A stretch of 64,000 nucleotides of DNA, from NCBI GenBank assembly GCA_044226525.1, contig JBGAGV010000006.1:157232-221231 (forward strand). Reading direction: 5' to 3'. The notes under the pieces are model-generated. The model was given only the letters and a program-made list of their open reading frames with translations. It was not told where the DNA came from and did no database searches. A program made the position numbers and the translations under genes. Shown piece by piece: positions 61,792 through 64,000 of this stretch (positions are counted from its first letter, which is position 1; the number at the start of each line of letters is the position of its first letter). Source of the stretch: Chthoniobacteraceae bacterium. Its GTDB lineage: Bacteria; Verrucomicrobiota; Verrucomicrobiia; Chthoniobacterales; Chthoniobacteraceae.

Positions 61792-62424
61792 ATGCAACAG
61801 GAATGGACGATCCAGAACCGGGGCCATCAATGCAGTGCCACGGGCAAACCCTTCGCCGAGGACGAGTATTTTTACGCGCTGCTCTTCGATGATACCACGG
61901 GCTACCGCCGCGAAGATCTATGCGAGGAGGCCTACAAGGCGCGTCCGGCGGATGCAGTGCAGCCGTTTTCCTTCTGGCGCACCAAATACACGCCCCCGCC
62001 ACCGGCTGCGCCAGAGACGTTGGGCAAGCAGACCGCCGAGGATCTGCTGCGCTCTTACATGGCTGAAAGCACGCCGATGCACGCCAGCGCCCGCTATCTG
62101 CTCGCCGTCATGCTGGAACGCAAACGCATCCTCAAGGAAGTTCAGGTCAAGCGAGCCGACGATGGTTCGCGCATCCGCGTGTATGAGCGCGCCGGCACCG
62201 GCGAAGTCTTCGTCATCCCCGATCCCGAACTGAAGCTCGAGGAACTCGAGCAGGTGCAGAACGAACTCGCCGGTCTGCTCGCCCCGGGCGCCCCGCGCGC
62301 GGCAGCTCCAAGTGCCCCCAGCGAACCAACCCCGGCCGCATCAAGCGAGTCCACACTGGCGGCTCCAAGCGAACCGGCGCCGGAGGGCGCGGGCGAATCG
62401 AAGCCAGACGTTCCCGCCGAATAG
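61792..62424 (+). CDS. Hypothetical protein with Pro/Ala-rich C-terminal tail
   Basis: 210 aa. It starts 7 nt after the lptF/G stop. No recognisable domain. The C-terminus is low-complexity (APSAPSEPTPAASSESTLAAPSEPAPEGAGES). Confidence 0.45.
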   Translation: MQQEWTIQNRGHQCSATGKPFAEDEYFYALLFDDTTGYRREDLCEEAYKARPADAVQPFSFWRTKYTPPPPAAPETLGKQTAEDLLRSYMAESTPMHASARYLLAVMLERKRILKEVQVKRADDGSRIRVYERAGTGEVFVIPDPELKLEELEQVQNELAGLLAPGAPRAAAPSAPSEPTPAASSESTLAAPSEPAPEGAGESKPDVPAE

Positions 62425-62438
62425 GGCGGGTCCGAGCG

Positions 62439-63350
62439 TTATGACTCTCCCACCCGCCGCAACCAGAGACTTCCGCCGAGGCGTTTCAGGAAGTGCGGAC
62501 AGCCCGCTGCGAGCCGTTCGCGAAAACGTTCGCGGGCGAAGGAGTTGAACCATTCGACGGTGAAATCGCGATTTCCAATGAGAAATGCCTGCAAAAATGG
62601 CACCTCATTCCAGGCGCGCCCGAGCAGCAGCCAGCTCGTGGGATACGGCCCTGGATAGAAGATGTCGTGAAAGTGAACCCACACGCCGGGCTTGAGCGCC
62701 GGCAGCACGCGCAGCAGCAGGTCGCTCAAATCGCTGCCCGCCTTGGCCACGTGCGAGGAGTCGATGAAGAGAAAATCGCCCGATTCCAACCGGGTAAACT
62801 CTTCCAGCCCCACTTGCTGCACCGGCTGGGCCAGCAGACGGCTGGTCGGGTAATCCGATTCGCGCATGAGGCTCTTCAGCCGCTCCGGATACGGCTCGAT
62901 GAAGGTCAGTTCGGTCGGCAGGGCGAAGTGTTCGCGCGCATCGAGCATGAGCGCCGAGGAAAAGCCGGACCCGACCTCGACGATCCGGCGCGGTTTTTCG
63001 GTCGCCATCATCCCGGCGAGTGCAAAGGCGTCCGCATGGACGAAGAAGTCGTTTTCCGAATAATAACGCCAGCGCGATCCGGCCTGCTCCGGAAAGGGGA
63101 AGGGATTTTCGATCGCGAGAAATTGCTCCAACCGCGCTGCCTGCACGTTTTCGCGGAGATCGATATGGTCCCAGCCGCGGGCGCTCGAGTTCAGGAAGGC
63201 TTTCGGATCACGGGCTAGTTCGTGCAAATCGAGCAGCGGCGAATAGTAGTTTCCCGGTTCAAATAGCGTCGCTCCCGCCAGGTTCCGGTCCAGCCGGGTG
63301 GCTAGCCGGACAAGCTGCCGGGCAAGAGAAAGCGAAAGGGAGCGAAACAT
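62439..63350 (-). CDS. Class I SAM-dependent methyltransferase (TylF/MycF-like O-methyltransferase family)
   Basis: …PRRIVEVGSGFSSALML… (motif I) and …GDFLFIDSSH… resemble macrocin-O-MTase-like methyltransferases. Confidence 0.65.
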   Translation of the reverse strand: MFRSLSLSLARQLVRLATRLDRNLAGATLFEPGNYYSPLLDLHELARDPKAFLNSSARGWDHIDLRENVQAARLEQFLAIENPFPFPEQAGSRWRYYSENDFFVHADAFALAGMMATEKPRRIVEVGSGFSSALMLDAREHFALPTELTFIEPYPERLKSLMRESDYPTSRLLAQPVQQVGLEEFTRLESGDFLFIDSSHVAKAGSDLSDLLLRVLPALKPGVWVHFHDIFYPGPYPTSWLLLGRAWNEVPFLQAFLIGNRDFTVEWFNSFARERFRERLAAGCPHFLKRLGGSLWLRRVGES

Positions 63351-63442
63351 CGCGCGTGTAAAAGCGAGCCGCGCCGAATTGTCCAGCGCGAGCCGCCTTG
63401 CGGAGGCTTGCCTGTTGCTGTCCGGCCACTCAATCTCTGCTC

Positions 63443-64000
63443 ATGCGTTTCGTTCTCCTCCTTCCCGCGCTTCTCCTCCCGTCTTCCCTGCTCGCGGCGA
63501 AAATCGAACTGGTCGCCGGAAGCGGCACGAAAGCACCACCCTGCGCGGCGCAGGAGGTGGAGTTGAAAGAACCGTTCGGAGTCGAGTTCACCTCCGCCGG
63601 TGAAATGGTTATCGTCGAAATGACGAAGGGCGAACGTGTGCTGCGGCTCGACAAAGCCGGGCAGGTCAATCTTCTCGCCGGCACTGGCCAGAAGGGTGCA
63701 GCGGGCGATGGCGGCGATCCGAAAAGCGCGCAGTTCAACGGCATCCACAATCTCGCCATTCTGCCCGATAACACGATCTTCCTGAGCGACGCCTTCAATC
63801 AACGCGTGCGCCGCATCGATGCGAAGTGGAGCATCGTCAATACCTTTGCCGGCGATGGCCGCAAAGGTTACGCGGGGGATGGCGGCCCGGCGGCGAAAGC
63901 TGGTCTCGGCACGCCGATGTCCGTGGCGCTCGATCCGAAAAACGAGTGGCTCTACATCGCCGACCTCCCGGCTTCGCGCGTGCGCCGCATCAATCTCAAG
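63443..64000 (+). CDS. NHL-repeat secreted protein (partial; continues beyond window end)
   Basis: Signal peptide MRFVLLLPALLLPSSLLA, then NHL-type repeats (…AGTGQKGAAGDGGDPKSAQFNGIHNLAIL…, …AGDGRKGYAGDGGPAAKAGLGTPMSVALD…). There is no stop within the window. Confidence 0.6.
   Translation, partial: MRFVLLLPALLLPSSLLAAKIELVAGSGTKAPPCAAQEVELKEPFGVEFTSAGEMVIVEMTKGERVLRLDKAGQVNLLAGTGQKGAAGDGGDPKSAQFNGIHNLAILPDNTIFLSDAFNQRVRRIDAKWSIVNTFAGDGRKGYAGDGGPAAKAGLGTPMSVALDPKNEWLYIADLPASRVRRINLK

Overview
High-GC (~65% by eye) chromosomal segment of Verrucomicrobiota/Planctomycetota-like character. It carries giant secreted repeat proteins, a fused ccoNO cbb3 oxidase cluster, and N-terminal 'LEAR(L/I)APA' motifs. 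No rRNA, CRISPR array or recognisable IS element or integrase is present.

Housekeeping and metabolic genes:
- xylA (partial) with an AraC regulator, and a PuuD-like cytochrome-c membrane protein.
- Short-form type IIA topoisomerase subunits parE and parC, which lie about 8 kb apart.
- katG, rhaM, an Old Yellow Enzyme (OYE) reductase and an AlkD-like DNA repair protein.
- A complete ccoNO-Q-P-G-(Cys-rich small ORF)-TauE-like-ccoI cluster.
- A YdeP-like molybdoenzyme, rlmI, a hybrid histidine kinase with a substrate-binding protein (SBP), an LptF/G permease and one tRNA-Met(CAU).

Accessory content sits in the middle third of the window. Two loci look like uncharacterised conflict/immune systems.

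(1) A tightly coupled four-gene minus-strand operon at 15.5-19.5 kb. It encodes an alpha/beta-hydrolase (lipase-like), a helical-repeat-fused trypsin-like serine protease, a TIR-like protein, and a beta-domain(YEATS-like)+TIR protein. It resembles a Thoeris-style multi-TIR system with non-canonical effectors.

(2) A visibly AT-richer island at about 27.8-30.9 kb. It holds a translationally coupled pair: a 133-aa protein and an 874-aa protein. The larger protein fuses a ParA/MinD-type P-loop with a Lys-to-Arg Walker A ('KGGVGRTT') to a NACHT/STAND-like NTPase ('GAKGAGKT' ... 'LLIVDGLED').

The island is flanked upstream by one copy of a ~145-bp intergenic repeat. A second copy lies 1.1 kb further upstream. 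Other notable features are three giant secreted proteins: a 1744-aa S8 subtilase with Ig/cadherin-like repeats, a 1298-aa FG-GAP protein with an adjacent putative outer-membrane barrel, and a 928-aa Gly-rich protein coupled to an AlkP-family phosphodiesterase.
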